In this document: positions 33,281 to 43,590 of the stretch, piece by piece
Layout of the letters: each line of letters begins with the position of its first letter
How positions within the stretch are numbered: the first letter of the stretch is position 1
Assembly (NCBI GenBank): GCA_963843325.1
Contig: CAWJKC010000006.1
Span: forward strand, 199,941-263,940
DNA length: 64,000 nucleotides
DNA from: an uncultured Acidobacteriota bacterium
GTDB taxonomy: Bacteria > Acidobacteriota > Thermoanaerobaculia > UBA5066 > Gp7-AA6
Direction: 5' to 3'
Translations under genes and position numbers: made by a program
The notes under the pieces: model-generated
The model's database searches: none
Told to the model about the DNA's origin: nothing
Seen by the model: only the letters and a program-made list of their open reading frames with translations

Positions 33281-33661
33281 ATGAGGAGCCGCTTGAAGCT
33301 AGATCGCATCGCCGTCCTCTCCTTACTACTTGTCGCGGGCGCGTGCTCGTCGTACTCCCATCCGGAGAAGCCGGCGACGCAGGTCGCATTCGGCACGGCG
33401 GTCGCGAAGAAAGGCCTGTGGCGCGAGGCGGCGTTCCGCTACGAGCAGGCGGTCGCGAAAGATCCGAACAACGCGCGCGCGCACAACAACCTCGCGGTCT
33501 CGCTCGAGGCCAGCGGCGACTTCGCGCGCGCCCTGGCGGAATACAAGAAGGCGCTCGAGATCAGCCCGAACGACAACTACATCCGCCGCAACTACGCGCG
33601 CTTTGCCGAGTTCTACACCGCCTACACGAAGACGACCGGAAAGGCCGCCGGTGCACCCTAA
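33281..33661 (+). CDS. TPR-repeat lipoprotein
   Basis: The product reads MRSRLKLDRIAVLSLLLVAGACSS (lipobox LVAGAC). TPR-like helices follow (AAFRYEQAVAKDPNNARAHNNLAVSLEASGDFARALAEYKKALEISPND). Confidence 0.75.
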   Translation: MRSRLKLDRIAVLSLLLVAGACSSYSHPEKPATQVAFGTAVAKKGLWREAAFRYEQAVAKDPNNARAHNNLAVSLEASGDFARALAEYKKALEISPNDNYIRRNYARFAEFYTAYTKTTGKAAGAP

Positions 33662-34358
33662 CCGGCGCAGCGGCCTCGGGGCTCTGCTCGCGGCCCTGCT
33701 GCTCGTGGTGTCCGCGTGCTCGAGCGTCGACCAGGTGAAGCTGCGCCTGCCCCTGAAGCCCAAGCTGCCGCTGCGGGGCAACGAGCGCATCGCGCTGGCG
33801 CCGTTCATCCTGGTCGCCGACCCGGACAAGGCCAAGGACAAGCGCCTGGCCAACGTCGACGTCCAGGCCGAGTTCCACCGCTTCCTCAAGAAGCAGCTCG
33901 AGAAGAAGACCAAGTTCGAGGTCATCCCGACGCCGCCCGACGTCAAGCTGCCGACCCAGAATCTCGTGGACCTCGGACGCGCGCAGGAGTTCTGGGCCGC
34001 CGTCGGGACGCAGACCAACGCCGAGCTGATCGTTTCGGGCAGCCTCGAGTTCCGCGTCGAGGACCGCTCGGGCTACAAGACCGAGGAGTACCAGTCCCCC
34101 ATCGACGGGCGGACCTACTACCGGCAGGTCTACGTCGAGCAGACCGGGTTCGTGTTCGACATCGTGTTCCTCGTCCTCGACGGCCGCACCGGCGAGAAGC
34201 TGCTCCAGGACGAGTTCAAGGACTTCCGGCAGACCGGCAGCCGCAACCGCGACGAGCTGCAGGGCCTCTTCGAGAACCTGTTCTCGCTCGAGAACCAGAT
34301 CCTGAACACCTTCGTCCCGCGCGACCGCGAGGCGGAGCGCTACATCTTCAAGGACTGA
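33651..34358 (+). CDS. Lipoprotein, unknown family
   Basis: GTG at 33651 overlaps the end of the TPR gene. The product reads ...LGALLAALLLVVSACSSVDQ (lipobox VVSAC) and is a 235-aa soluble protein. I recognise no family. Confidence 0.55.
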   Translation: MHPNRRSGLGALLAALLLVVSACSSVDQVKLRLPLKPKLPLRGNERIALAPFILVADPDKAKDKRLANVDVQAEFHRFLKKQLEKKTKFEVIPTPPDVKLPTQNLVDLGRAQEFWAAVGTQTNAELIVSGSLEFRVEDRSGYKTEEYQSPIDGRTYYRQVYVEQTGFVFDIVFLVLDGRTGEKLLQDEFKDFRQTGSRNRDELQGLFENLFSLENQILNTFVPRDREAERYIFKD

Positions 34359-34372
34359 CGCCCCACGACCGC

Positions 34373-37362
34373 ATGAAGAAACTTCTGCTGGCCCTCGCCC
34401 TGTTCGCCGCCGCCGCGGCCCCGGTCGCCGCCCAGGCGCCGGTGCTCTCGCCGTACTACGACTACTTCGGCAAGAACAAGATCGTCTACGACAAGTTCAA
34501 CTGGAAGATCTACCACTCGACGCACTTCGCCATCTACTTCTACGACCGCGACGAGGTCTCGCTCCAGAAGGTCGCGTCCTACGCCGAGAGCGCCTACGAC
34601 GACATCTCCCGGGCGCTCAACTTCCAGGTCCCCAAGCCGATCAACATCATCTATTACGCGACGCACTCCGAGTTCGAGCAGACCAACACGTTGAACGAAT
34701 TCATCCCGGAAGGCGTGGGCGCCTTCGCCCTGCCCACGCGCAACCGGATGGTCCTGCCCGTCGACCTGCCGGACGAGAAGCTCGAAAAGCTGATCGCCCA
34801 CGAGCTGACGCACGTCTTCCAGTTCGAGATCTTCTTCGGCGGCAACTTCATCCGCGCCTACACCTCCGGCGCGCCGCAGTGGCTGACGGAGGGCATGGCC
34901 TCCTACTTCGGCAACGACGAGGACGAAAAGGACGTCATGGTCCTGCGCGACGCCGTCCTGAACGACCAGGTTCCCGAGATCGCCGAGCGGGCGATCTACG
35001 GCTTCTTCGCGTACCGGTTCGGCCATGCGGTCTTCGACTTCATGCGCGCGGAGTGGGGCCCCGACGGCGTGCGCGACTTCGTCTTCGAGTACCGCGGCTC
35101 GCTCGGGCCCAACATCGACCACGTCCTGAAGCGCACGTTCGGCGTCTCCGCGGAGGAGTTCGACATCCGGTTCCGCCGCTACCTGCGCCAGCGGTTCATC
35201 AAGCTGCTGACCGAGACCGGCGAGCCCATCGACTTCGGCGACCGCGTGCGGCTGACCGAGGAGGGCAGCTCGGTCGAAGTCTCCGTGCGCGCCTTCCCGT
35301 CGGGCGACCTCGGCGCCGCGATCTCGAGCCTCGACAACGACGCCAACGTGGTCGTTCTCTCGACCCGCGACCGCAAGCTCTTCAAGAACCTGACCAAGGG
35401 ATTCAAGACCGAGTACGAGTACATCGTCGCGCAGTGGCTGACGACCGGGCCCGTCGGCGGCGTGGACCTCGCGGTGGCGCCCGACGGCAACACGATCGCG
35501 GTCTTCGTCAAGCGCGAGCGCGGCCGGGAGCTGATGCTCCTGAACGCGCTCGGCGGCGGGATCAGCCAGCTCGTCCCCATGCCGGGCCTCGACCAGGAGC
35601 TGAACCCGGCCTTCTCCCCCGATGGCCGCACGGTCGCCTTCCGCGCGATCGCCAACGGCCGGTCGGACATCTACACCTACAACCTGGACACGAAGGCCTT
35701 CGCCAACATCACCCAGGACGACGCCTTCGACTACGCCCCGACCTTCTCGCCCGACGGCCAGTGGATCTACTACTCGTCGGTGCAGGGCCGCAAGGCGAAG
35801 ATCTTCCGCATCCGGCCGGGCGTCGCGGGCTCGCGCGAACAGATCACCTACGGCGACTGGAACGACGAGGACGCCTTCATCTCGACCGACAACAAGACGC
35901 TCTACGTCACTTCGGACCGCATCAACGGCATCTACAACATCTTCGCGATCAACCTCGAGAACGGCGAGACGTCGAACTTCACGAACGTCGTCGGCGGCAC
36001 GTTCTCGCCCACCGTGCTCATCGGCCGCGACGGCACCGAGCGGCTGGTCTTCTCCGCGTACTACAAACGCCGCTTCATGCTCTACGTGACCGACGCGAAG
36101 AAGCCGTACCACCGGATGCCGGACCTGAACCCGGCGCCCTCCCCCGCCGGACCGACGACGATCCCGCCGTACCAGCCCCCGATCGAGGTCGCGATCGATC
36201 CCGAGAAGATCGACAAGCGGCCCAGCCGCGCGCTGTCGATCGAGGACGCCGCGGTCAACGTCGGCATCGGATCGGACCAGACGTTCCTGTCGAGCAGCTA
36301 CATCGTGCTCGGCGACAACCTCGGCGACCGCAAGGTCATCGCCCAGATCCAGTCGGTCTCGTCCTTCGTGGACTACGAGCTGACGTACCTGGACCTCTCC
36401 CAGCGCCTGCAGAAGGGCATCCAGGGCTTCTACAACGCCTACTACTTCATCGCGCAGAACCCGAACACCGGGGAGATCGTCCGCACGCGCAACCCCTACA
36501 AGTTCATCGGCGGCACCGTCTTCGCGGCCTATCCGCTCAACCGCTACTACCGCCTCGAGGGCAGCGTCGGCTTCCTGTCGCGCAAGTACGACGGCTACCC
36601 GGTCTGGGTCAACACCGACGACGGGTCGGGCCAGGTCTTCATCCCCACCGAGAACAACTTCCCGACGTTCGGCGGCAAGCTCGTCGGCGACACGACCGAG
36701 TACCTGGAGTTCGGGCCGATCTCGGGCCGCCGGATGTCGCTCGGCGTGAGCTACTCGCCGTACATCGGGCGGCACGAAGGCGCCCGGCTCGAGCGGCCCG
36801 ACGCTGACCTTCGACACGACCCTCGACATGCGCCAGTACATCAAGATCACGGAGCGGTCGCTGCTCGCGGCGCGGATCTACGGCTTCCACGCCTCGGGCA
36901 ACCTGCCCGACGTCCTGTCCTTCGGCGGCGTCGACACGCTGCGCGCGCTGCCGGTGTACGGCATTTACGGAAACACGGCCGGCGTTCCTGAACCTCGAGT
37001 TCCGGTTCCCCGTCATCGACTTCCTCATCACTCCCGTCCTCGGGATCCGCGACATCCGCGGCAAGGCGTTCCTGGACGTCGGCGGCGCGGCCCTGAAGGA
37101 CCAGCCCTTCCAGTTCTGGTCCGACTACACGCTCTGCGGCATCGCCGGCGTCGGAGTCCCCGGCTGCCACGGCTCGTCGGGCGGCCTGGCCGACTACGGG
37201 TTCGGGATCGAGCTCAATTTCCTGGGCCTGCCGATGCACTTCGACTTCGCGCGGCAGTGGAACGTCAAGGGCAACCTCGGCCCGGCCCAGTGCGTCGCGA
37301 CCGGCCTGAAGGATTCCTGCGGCAACTTCACGTTCGTCTTCTACATCGGGCCGTCCTTCTAG
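34373..37362 (+). CDS. Large secreted protein: HExxH peptidase-like domain + PD40/TolB-type beta-propeller repeats + C-terminal Omp85 (bacterial surface antigen) beta-barrel (two frame breaks)
   Basis: The signal peptide is MKKLLLALALFAAAAAPVAAQA. An HExxH motif is present (LIAHELTHVFQFE). PD40-like repeats follow (LNPAFSPDGRTVAFRAIANGRSDIYTYNL..., YAPTFSPDGQWIYYSS...KIFRI). The C-terminus reads ...FGGVDTLRALPVYG...AFLNLEFRFPV...GFGIELNFLGLPMHFDFA...FTFVFYIGPSF with a terminal Phe. Breaks lie near 36765 and 36985. Confidence 0.65.
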
Positions 37363-37395
37363 GGCGGCCCGACCGATCCCGTACAATCCGGGACA

Positions 37396-38172
37396 GTGCC
37401 CGCACGAACATCGCTCGCCGTCCGCGCGCTGGGGCCCTACGGCGGCTCCGCCCCGGGCTATCGCACGACGACGTTTCTCATCGACGGCGAGACGGCCCTG
37501 GACGCCGGCTCGCTGACGGAGGCCCTGCCGCTGTCCGCGCAGCGTCGGATCCGCCGCGTCGTCCTGACGCACGCGCACTTCGACCACGTCGCCTCACTGC
37601 CCTTCCTGGTCGAGAACCTCTACGGCCGCGGAACGCCGCTCGAGCTCATCGCGCCTGCCGCGGTGCTCGCGGACCTGAAGCGGCACGTCTTCAACGACGC
37701 CACGTGGCCGGACTTCACGCGGCTGCCCTCGCGCGCGCGGCCCACGCTCGTGTACCGTCCGATCCCCGCGGGCAAGGCGACGCGGGCCGGCAGCGTGACG
37801 ATCACGGCTCTGCCGGTCGATCACATCGTGCCCGCATACGGCTACCTCGTCGGCAAGCCCGGCCGCTCGGTGCTCTTCTCCGGCGACACGAAGTCGACGG
37901 AGCGGATCTGGACGCATGCGCGCCGCGCGCGCGACCTCAAGGCCATCTTCCTCGAGGTGTCCTTCTCCGACGCCCAGGCCGCCGTCGCGCGCGCCTCCTG
38001 CCACCTGACGCCGTGCCTGCTGCCGGCGGAGCTCGAGAAGGCGCCGCCGCGCGTCCCGGTGTTCCTGTACCACATGAAGCCGCCGTCGCTGTCCCGCATC
38101 CGGCGCGAGGTGGCGGCGCTCGGGCAGCCCCGCCTGCGGCTGCTCGAGTCCGAGCGATCCTTCCGCTTCTAG
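37396..38172 (+). CDS. MBL-fold hydrolase, class-II 3',5'-cyclic-nucleotide phosphodiesterase-like
   Basis: The 258-aa gene is intact. It reads ...TTFLIDGETALDAGSL...VVLTHAHFDHVASLPFL...GYLVG...VLFSGDT... Confidence 0.6.
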   Translation: MPARTSLAVRALGPYGGSAPGYRTTTFLIDGETALDAGSLTEALPLSAQRRIRRVVLTHAHFDHVASLPFLVENLYGRGTPLELIAPAAVLADLKRHVFNDATWPDFTRLPSRARPTLVYRPIPAGKATRAGSVTITALPVDHIVPAYGYLVGKPGRSVLFSGDTKSTERIWTHARRARDLKAIFLEVSFSDAQAAVARASCHLTPCLLPAELEKAPPRVPVFLYHMKPPSLSRIRREVAALGQPRLRLLESERSFRF

Positions 38173-38180
38173 GGAGCGTC

Positions 38181-38258
38181 AGCAGGCTGCTGAAAAATGG
38201 ATGCGGGCGCCCTTACGGCGGCGTGGCGTCATCCCACACCCTTTTTCAGCAGCCTGCT
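38181..38258. repeat. 17-bp inverted repeat between convergent genes (possible bidirectional terminator)
   Basis: AGCAGGCTGCTGAAAAA (38181-38197) is perfectly complementary to TTTTTCAGCAGCCTGCT (38242-38258), with a 44-nt spacer. Each arm is itself a small CAGCAG/CTGCTG palindrome. The right arm overlaps the stop of the minus-strand gene. Confidence 0.5.
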
Positions 38259-39473
38259 AGAGCATCCTCGCCCAGGCGAGCAGGTCGACCGCGAGCGAGC
38301 CCGCCAGGCGTCCGCGCAGCGAGTCGTTGCGCAGGAGATCCTCGCGCCGCCCCGTCAGCTCCGCCTCCCTGGTCAGGTAGGTCTTCTCCCCGCGCGTGAT
38401 CACGCGATACGCGGAAGCGGACTCGCGTCCGTCAAGGCGCCGCACGATCGCGACGCGGCGCTCGGCCGCAGTCGATCGCCGACGTCTTCCTCGATGGCCG
38501 GGCCGGAGCCGCCCGACGACGGCGCCGAGAGCGTCAGTCGGAACCCGCCCGGAATGTCCGCGCCCAACGCCACGTCGGCGACTCCCTCGAGAAGCTTTCG
38601 GTACCCGTCCCGCGTCGCGATGGCGCGATGCGCCGCGTCGGGCATCGCATCGGTCTCGAGATACGCGGTCAGGCGCGCGTTCTGTCTCCGCCTTGTCGGC
38701 GCTTTCGCCCGCGATCGCGAACGCCGCGGCGAGCACTTCCGCATCGATGCCGAAGAGCTCCGACAGCGCGGCCTCCCGCGGCGCCGGAGCCGGCACGCGC
38801 AGGCGCGAGTGCAGGTCGTCGACGCGCACCTCTCCCCCTCCGAACGAAAGCACGCGGTTGCCGAGGTCGCGCCGCAGCACGACCTCCTGGAGAAACAGGG
38901 CGTTCGGACGGAAGGTCTCGCGCCAGAGCGCCGCGAACGCCTCGTCGGACACCGGCGCGCCGTAGACCTCGATCTCGCGCGGCGTCTCCGGCGTCCCCTC
39001 GAGGAAGGCGATCCGGAAGCCGCGCGCCGTCTACGGCAACCTCCATCTCGCCCTGGCTCGTCCCGAAAAGACCCGCCCGCGCGGGCAGGATCGCCGGCAG
39101 CGGAAAGCCGACGTCCGCGATCACCTCCCCCGCCGCCGTTTCGACCAGGAGGGCCGCGTGATCGTTCTCGTTGCGGACGCGGCCGAGCAGTTTTCGCGAC
39201 CGGAAGCCGAGCGCAGACAGAAGCTCCTGAAACGCGGCGACCCGCGCAAAGCAGGTGCCACCCGTCCCGCTCGAGAGGTGCTCTGCCCAGAAGACGTCCG
39301 GAGTTCGCGGTTTCTGCGCCGGATCCGCAAGCGCGCGCGTGGCGCACGATCTTCGACGCGTTCTCGAAGGGCACCTTCGCGTTGAAGCGCGCAAACAGCG
39401 CCTCGAGAAATCCGGAACCGGGCTCGGCGCGCGAGAGGTCGAGCGCCTCGAGGACCTCGTCGGCCGGAATCAC
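38257..39473 (-). CDS. Arylamine N-acetyltransferase-like N-terminal domain protein with unknown C-terminal domain (about four frame breaks)
   Basis: GTG at 39473 overlaps the upstream stop (GTGA). The N-terminus reads ...FLEALFARFNAKVPFENASKIV...WAEHLSSGTGGTCFARVAAFQELLSALGF...NDHAALLV.... This resembles the NAT Cys-His core. The remainder is spread over frames with breaks near 39340, 39020, 38680 and 38460. Confidence 0.4.
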
Positions 39474-40220
39474 CGTCCCGACAACCGCGCGACCATGTCC
39501 TTCAACCGGAACCGCGCGTCCTCGCTGAACCAGAAGTCGAGGAAGGGGTCGTGGTCGCGCGCCTGGTCGAACCGGGCGATCGCGGCCGCGCGCGAGCGCA
39601 GCTTGATGGCCGTGTAGGCGGCGCCCGAAAGGCCCGCGAGAAAGCGCGCCCGCTCGACGGCTCGCTCGAGCAGCTCCCCCGCCGGGACGACCTGGTCCAC
39701 GAGGCCGATCGCGAGCGCGCGGTCCACCGCGACGTTCTCCCCGGTCGCCGCCAGGCGCTCCATCTGGCGCGCGCCGACGAACGTGGCGAAACGGTTCCAT
39801 CAGGCAGGCCGGGACCGACACGCCGAGGATGACTTCCGAGAGGCCGAACTTGCCCTTGCCTTCGGCCGCGATCCGCTCGTCGGCGCCCATCGCCGCGATC
39901 AGCCCGCCGGCGATCGCGTGGCCGGACAGCGCCGCGACGAGCGGCGGTCCGAACACGAAGAGCTGGCGCACGAGCTCGCAGTAGTCCTGGACGAACTGCT
40001 CCATCCCGGCGCGGTCGCGGTCGACGAGCAGCGGCAGGTCCCAGCCGGCCGAGAACATGCCCGGCAGGGCCGACGCGAGGACGACGCCGCGCGCCTTCGA
40101 CTGCGCGGCGAGCGCCTGCGAGAGCTCCGCGACGAGCTCGGGCGAGAAGGCGTTCGCCTTCGGGCGATTCAGGGTCAGGACCGCGATCTCGTCGCGCGTC
40201 TCGATGGAAACCAGGCTCAA
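39470..40220 (-). CDS. Enoyl-CoA hydratase/isomerase (crotonase) family protein, one frame break
   Basis: TTG at 40220 follows AAGGAGG and overlaps the pdxT stop (TTGA). The sequence reads ...IAVLTLNRPKANAFSPELVAEL...MFSAGWDL...PLVAALSGHAIAGGLIAAMGADERIA.... The break lies near 39785. Confidence 0.75.
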
Positions 40221-40813
40221 GCGCTCCTCCTTGCCGGTTGTGCCTGCCCGAAGAGCAGGCGGTGCAGCCGGCGGTCGCCGGTCAGCTCCGGGTGAAACGT
40301 GGCGGCCACGACGTTGCCCTGCCGGACCAGGACGGGCTCGCCGCCGTGCGCGGCGAGGACCTCGACGCCCGGGCCGACCTGCCGGATCCGCGGCGCGCGA
40401 ATGAAGACGGCCGGCAGCGGTCCCCCGAGAGCGTCGCACGCGACCTCGCCCAGGAACGAATCGACCTGCCGGCCGTAGGCGTTGCGCTCGACGGCCATGT
40501 CCACGAGCCCGAGGCCCTTCTGGCTCGGGTTGGAAACCTCGCGCGCGAGCACGATCGCGCCCGCGCACGTGCCGAGAATCGGCCGGCCGCTCCCGGCAAA
40601 GGCGCCGAAGGCCTCTTCCCACGGCTCGGCCTCGAAGAACTTCCACAGCGTCGAGGACTCGCCCCCCGGGATGATCAGCCCGCCGGCCCGGGCGAGATCC
40701 CCGTGGAGCCGCAGCTCGAAGCTCTCGACGCCGATCTGCGCGAGGGCCTTCCTGTGCGCCTCGAAGTCGCCCTGCAGCGCGAGGACGGCGACCGGTCCCG
40801 GCTCCATCACCAT
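40217..40813 (-). CDS. pdxT: Pyridoxal 5'-phosphate synthase glutaminase subunit PdxT
   Basis: The 198-aa gene is intact. It reads ...[17 protein letters not shown]...[11 protein letters not shown]...[12 protein letters not shown]...AATFHPELT... Confidence 0.9.
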   Translation of the reverse strand: MVMEPGPVAVLALQGDFEAHRKALAQIGVESFELRLHGDLARAGGLIIPGGESSTLWKFFEAEPWEEAFGAFAGSGRPILGTCAGAIVLAREVSNPSQKGLGLVDMAVERNAYGRQVDSFLGEVACDALGGPLPAVFIRAPRIRQVGPGVEVLAAHGGEPVLVRQGNVVAATFHPELTGDRRLHRLLFGQAQPARRSA

Positions 40814-41688
40814 CCGCGCGTCTGCAGCTGGGCCTCTTCCGGAAGCTTCGCCGCCTCGATCCCCTTCATGCCCGAGCCGAGCGATTCCTCGGCCGCGAGC
40901 AGCGCGTCGGCGTCGCGCCAGTGCGTCGTCGCCTTCACGATGGCGCGCGCCCGGCTCTCCGGATCGTCCGACTTGAAGATGCCCGACCCGACGAAGACGG
41001 CCTCGGCCCCGAGCTGCATGCAGAGCGCCGCGTCCGAGGGCGTCGCGATGCCGCCGGCGGCGAAGTTCGGCACGGGCAGCTTGCCCGTCTCGGCCACCTC
41101 GACGACCAGCGCGAACGGCGCCTGGAGCCTCTTCGCCGCGGCCATGAGCTCGTCCTTGGAGAGCTGCGTGAGCATCTTCATCTCGCGGTGGACCTCGCGC
41201 AGGTGCTTGACGGCGTGGACGATGTCGCCCGTGCCCGCCTCCCCCTTCGTCCGGATCATCGCGGCGCCCTCGCCGATCCGGCGCAGCGCCTCACCGAGAT
41301 TGCGGCAGCCGCAGACGAACGGCACCGTGAAATCGGCCTTGTAGACGTGGTTTTCCTCGTCGGCCGGAGTCAGGACTTCCGACTCGTCGATGAAGTCGAC
41401 CTTGAGCGCCTGCAGCACCCGCGCCTCGGCGAGGTGCCCGATGCGGCACTTGGCCATCACCGGGATCGAGACGGCCTCCTGGATCTCGCGGATCTTCGAG
41501 ACCGGCGACATCCGCGCGACTCCCCCGTCGCGCCGGATGTCCGACGGGCACGCGCTCGAGCGCCATGACGGCGGCCGCGCCCGCGGCCTCCGCGATCCGC
41601 GCCTGGTCGGCGTTGACGACGTCCATGATGACGCCGCCCTTCAGCATCTCCGCGAGTCCCACCTTCAGCCGGAACGTGTCTCGTCCAT
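40807..41688 (-). CDS. pdxS: Pyridoxal 5'-phosphate synthase lyase subunit PdxS (two frame breaks)
   Basis: The sequence reads ...[39 protein letters not shown], then ...[37 protein letters not shown]...[19 protein letters not shown]...[36 protein letters not shown]. Breaks lie near 41675 and 41520. Confidence 0.9.
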
Positions 41689-41746
41689 GTCGTCCCTCTT
41701 GCTCGACGACTCCAGCTCACGACTCATGGCCCACTGACTCTCTCCG

Positions 41747-43205
41747 TCACACCACCGGCGCCGCGAACGACGCGCCGGTTCTCGACTGCGCTTCCAGCAC
41801 CGCCTCCCCGAGCAGCGCGATCCCCCGCTCGATGTCGCGCCGCTCGACGCGCGACACGGAGAGGCGCACGTTGGGCCGGTCCACGCCCGCCGGATCGAAA
41901 TCCTGCCCCGGCGCGACCGCGACTCCCCGCGCCGCCGCCGCTTCGGCGACCCGACGGCCGGAGACCCCTTCGGGCAGGTGCAGCCAGAAGAGCGGGTTCG
42001 AGCCCTCGGCGCCCCACCAGGAGACGCCGGGCAGGTACCGGGACAGCGCCAGCGCGCGCTTCCGCCGAGCGCAGCACCACTTCCTCGGCGCGGCTGGCCC
42101 TCGCCTTCCGGTCCGCTCCGGCGCGCAGAAACGCCGCGACGGCCGCCTGCAGCGGCACGGGGGTCTGAAAATCCGTGGCCTTCTTGACGCGTGCCAGCTG
42201 CTCGACGATCGGACGGGCCGCGGCGATCCAGCCGATCCGAAACCCCGGAACGAGGTCCTTGGACAGCGTGCCGAGCCACACAACGCGCTCGGGCGCGCGC
42301 GCCGCGAGCGGGATCCGTCCCGGCTCGGGCTCCTCGTAGCCATCCTCGATGACGAGGGCGCCCGCCGAGAGCGCGGCGTCGAGAACGGCGGCGCGGCGTT
42401 CTTCGGTCATCGTGACGCCGGTCGGGTTCTGGCGCTCGGGCATGAGGTAGACGAGCTTCGCGCGGCGCGATTCCAGCGGCCGCGGATCCGGGCCCTCGGC
42501 GTCCATGGGCAGGGCCAGGACCGAGACGCCGGCGAGCCTCGCCAGCGTGAGCGCCCCGGAGTAGCGTCGGCGACTCCGCGGCGACGACGTCGTCGGGATC
42601 GGTGAACGCGCGGAAGAGAAGATCGAGCCCCTGCTGCGCGCCGCTGACGATCAGGATCTCGTCGGGCGAGCGCACGATGCCGCTCTCGGCGAGCCGGCGG
42701 GAGAGCTCGATGCGCAGCTCGTCGAGCCCGAGGGGCGGAGCGTACATCCAGAGGTCCTTGCGCCGGCTCCACGCGTACGAGAGCGTGCGCGTGAACTCTT
42801 CGAGGGGAAAGAATCGCTCGTCGGGCGCCAGGCGCGAGAAATCCGCAACGAGGGGGGCGGAAAGGGGAGTCCCGGCTTCCTCGGGCAGGCCCGCGACGCG
42901 GCGCGAGACCAGCGTCCTCCAGCCGAAACGCCGCCGCCCCGCCGAGCCTCGGGCCGAACGACCGTTCCGCTGCCGACGCGCCCGTCGACCAGCCCGCTCT
43001 CCTGAAGACGGCGATACGCGGCCTGGACCGTGCCCCGATTGATGCCGAGCGCGGCCGCGAGCTCGCGCGTGGTCGGCAGGCGCGTGTTCTCGGCCAGGAC
43101 GCCGTCGGAAATCCAGCGTTCCATCGCCGCGTAGACCTGATCGGACAGGGGAGCGCCCGCCGTTCGATCCAGATTGATCCGCGCAAGATCCAATTGGCCC
43201 GCCAT
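41747..43205 (-). CDS. GntR-family HTH / class-I aminotransferase-fold regulator (MocR subfamily, PdxR-like), about three frame breaks
   Basis: The N-terminal winged helix reads ...LSDQVYAAMERWISDGVLAENTRLPTTRELAAALGINRGTVQAAYRRLQESGLVDGRVGSGTVV. The aminotransferase-like body follows (...ILIVSGAQQGLDLL..., ...YLMPERQNPTGVTM..., ...LGTLSKDLVPGFRIGW...). Breaks lie near 42945, 42545 and 42060. It sits immediately upstream of pdxS on the same strand. Confidence 0.75.
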
Positions 43206-43239
43206 CGAGCCAATTGTATCGGCCCGAGCGCAGGCAGCT

Positions 43240-43322
43240 CAAACCGAAATTATTACTGTAGTATTACTTACGCTAAATACCAATAAATACTGATAGTTGA
43301 CGTTCAAATCTACAGTAATTAA
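43240..43322 (-). promoter_or_regulatory. AT-rich leader/promoter region with inverted and direct repeats upstream of the pdxR-like gene
   Basis: This ~80-bp stretch is far more AT-rich than its surroundings. It holds a perfect 10-bp inverted repeat, ATTACTGTAG (43252-43261) and CTACAGTAAT (43310-43319). Direct repeats are ATTACT x2 and AAATAC x2. Several -35/-10-like hexamers occur on the minus strand (TTGAAC, TTGGTA, TACAGT, TAATAA). Confidence 0.5.
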
Positions 43323-43590
43323 TCAAGCGCCGTGCTTGCGGAGCTCGTCCTCGAGCGCCCGTGGAGAACTGGAACTCCCTCTCGGTCTCGGAGAGATTCT
43401 TGCGCTTGGCCAGCGCGGCGCGGGCCTTCTCTTCGAGCGCATCGAGCTCGGCGTAGCTGTCGGTCAACTCCCGGACGACCGCCCGCCGCGCGGTCTCGTC
43501 GTCGGCCTTCTGCTCGAGATTCCGGTTCTCCTTGAGGCTCTTCAGGATCACCCGGGACAGGTACAGGATCCGGTCGGCCGAGACCTTCAC
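43323..43590 (-). CDS. DUF507-like small protein (one frame break near the 3' end)
   Basis: GTG at 43590 overlaps the transaldolase stop (GTGA). The sequence reads [68 protein letters not shown].... Shifting frame near 43370 gives ...LEDELRKHGA with its stop at 43323. Confidence 0.5.

Noticed and set aside
38257-39473. The NAT-like gene as a genuine decaying pseudogene (four breaks in 1.2 kb).
   Set aside because: Its break density is not clearly above that of gyrB (4 in 2.4 kb) or the DUF6580 gene (3 in 0.5 kb). The inter-break segments still read as ordinary protein sequence. It cannot be distinguished from sequencing error.
43250-43320. A LexA/SOS box, because of the TACTGTA and TACAGTA half-sites.
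   Set aside because: The two halves are ~50 bp apart rather than in the CTGT-N8-ACAG arrangement. The downstream gene is a MocR-type regulator with pdxST, not an SOS gene.
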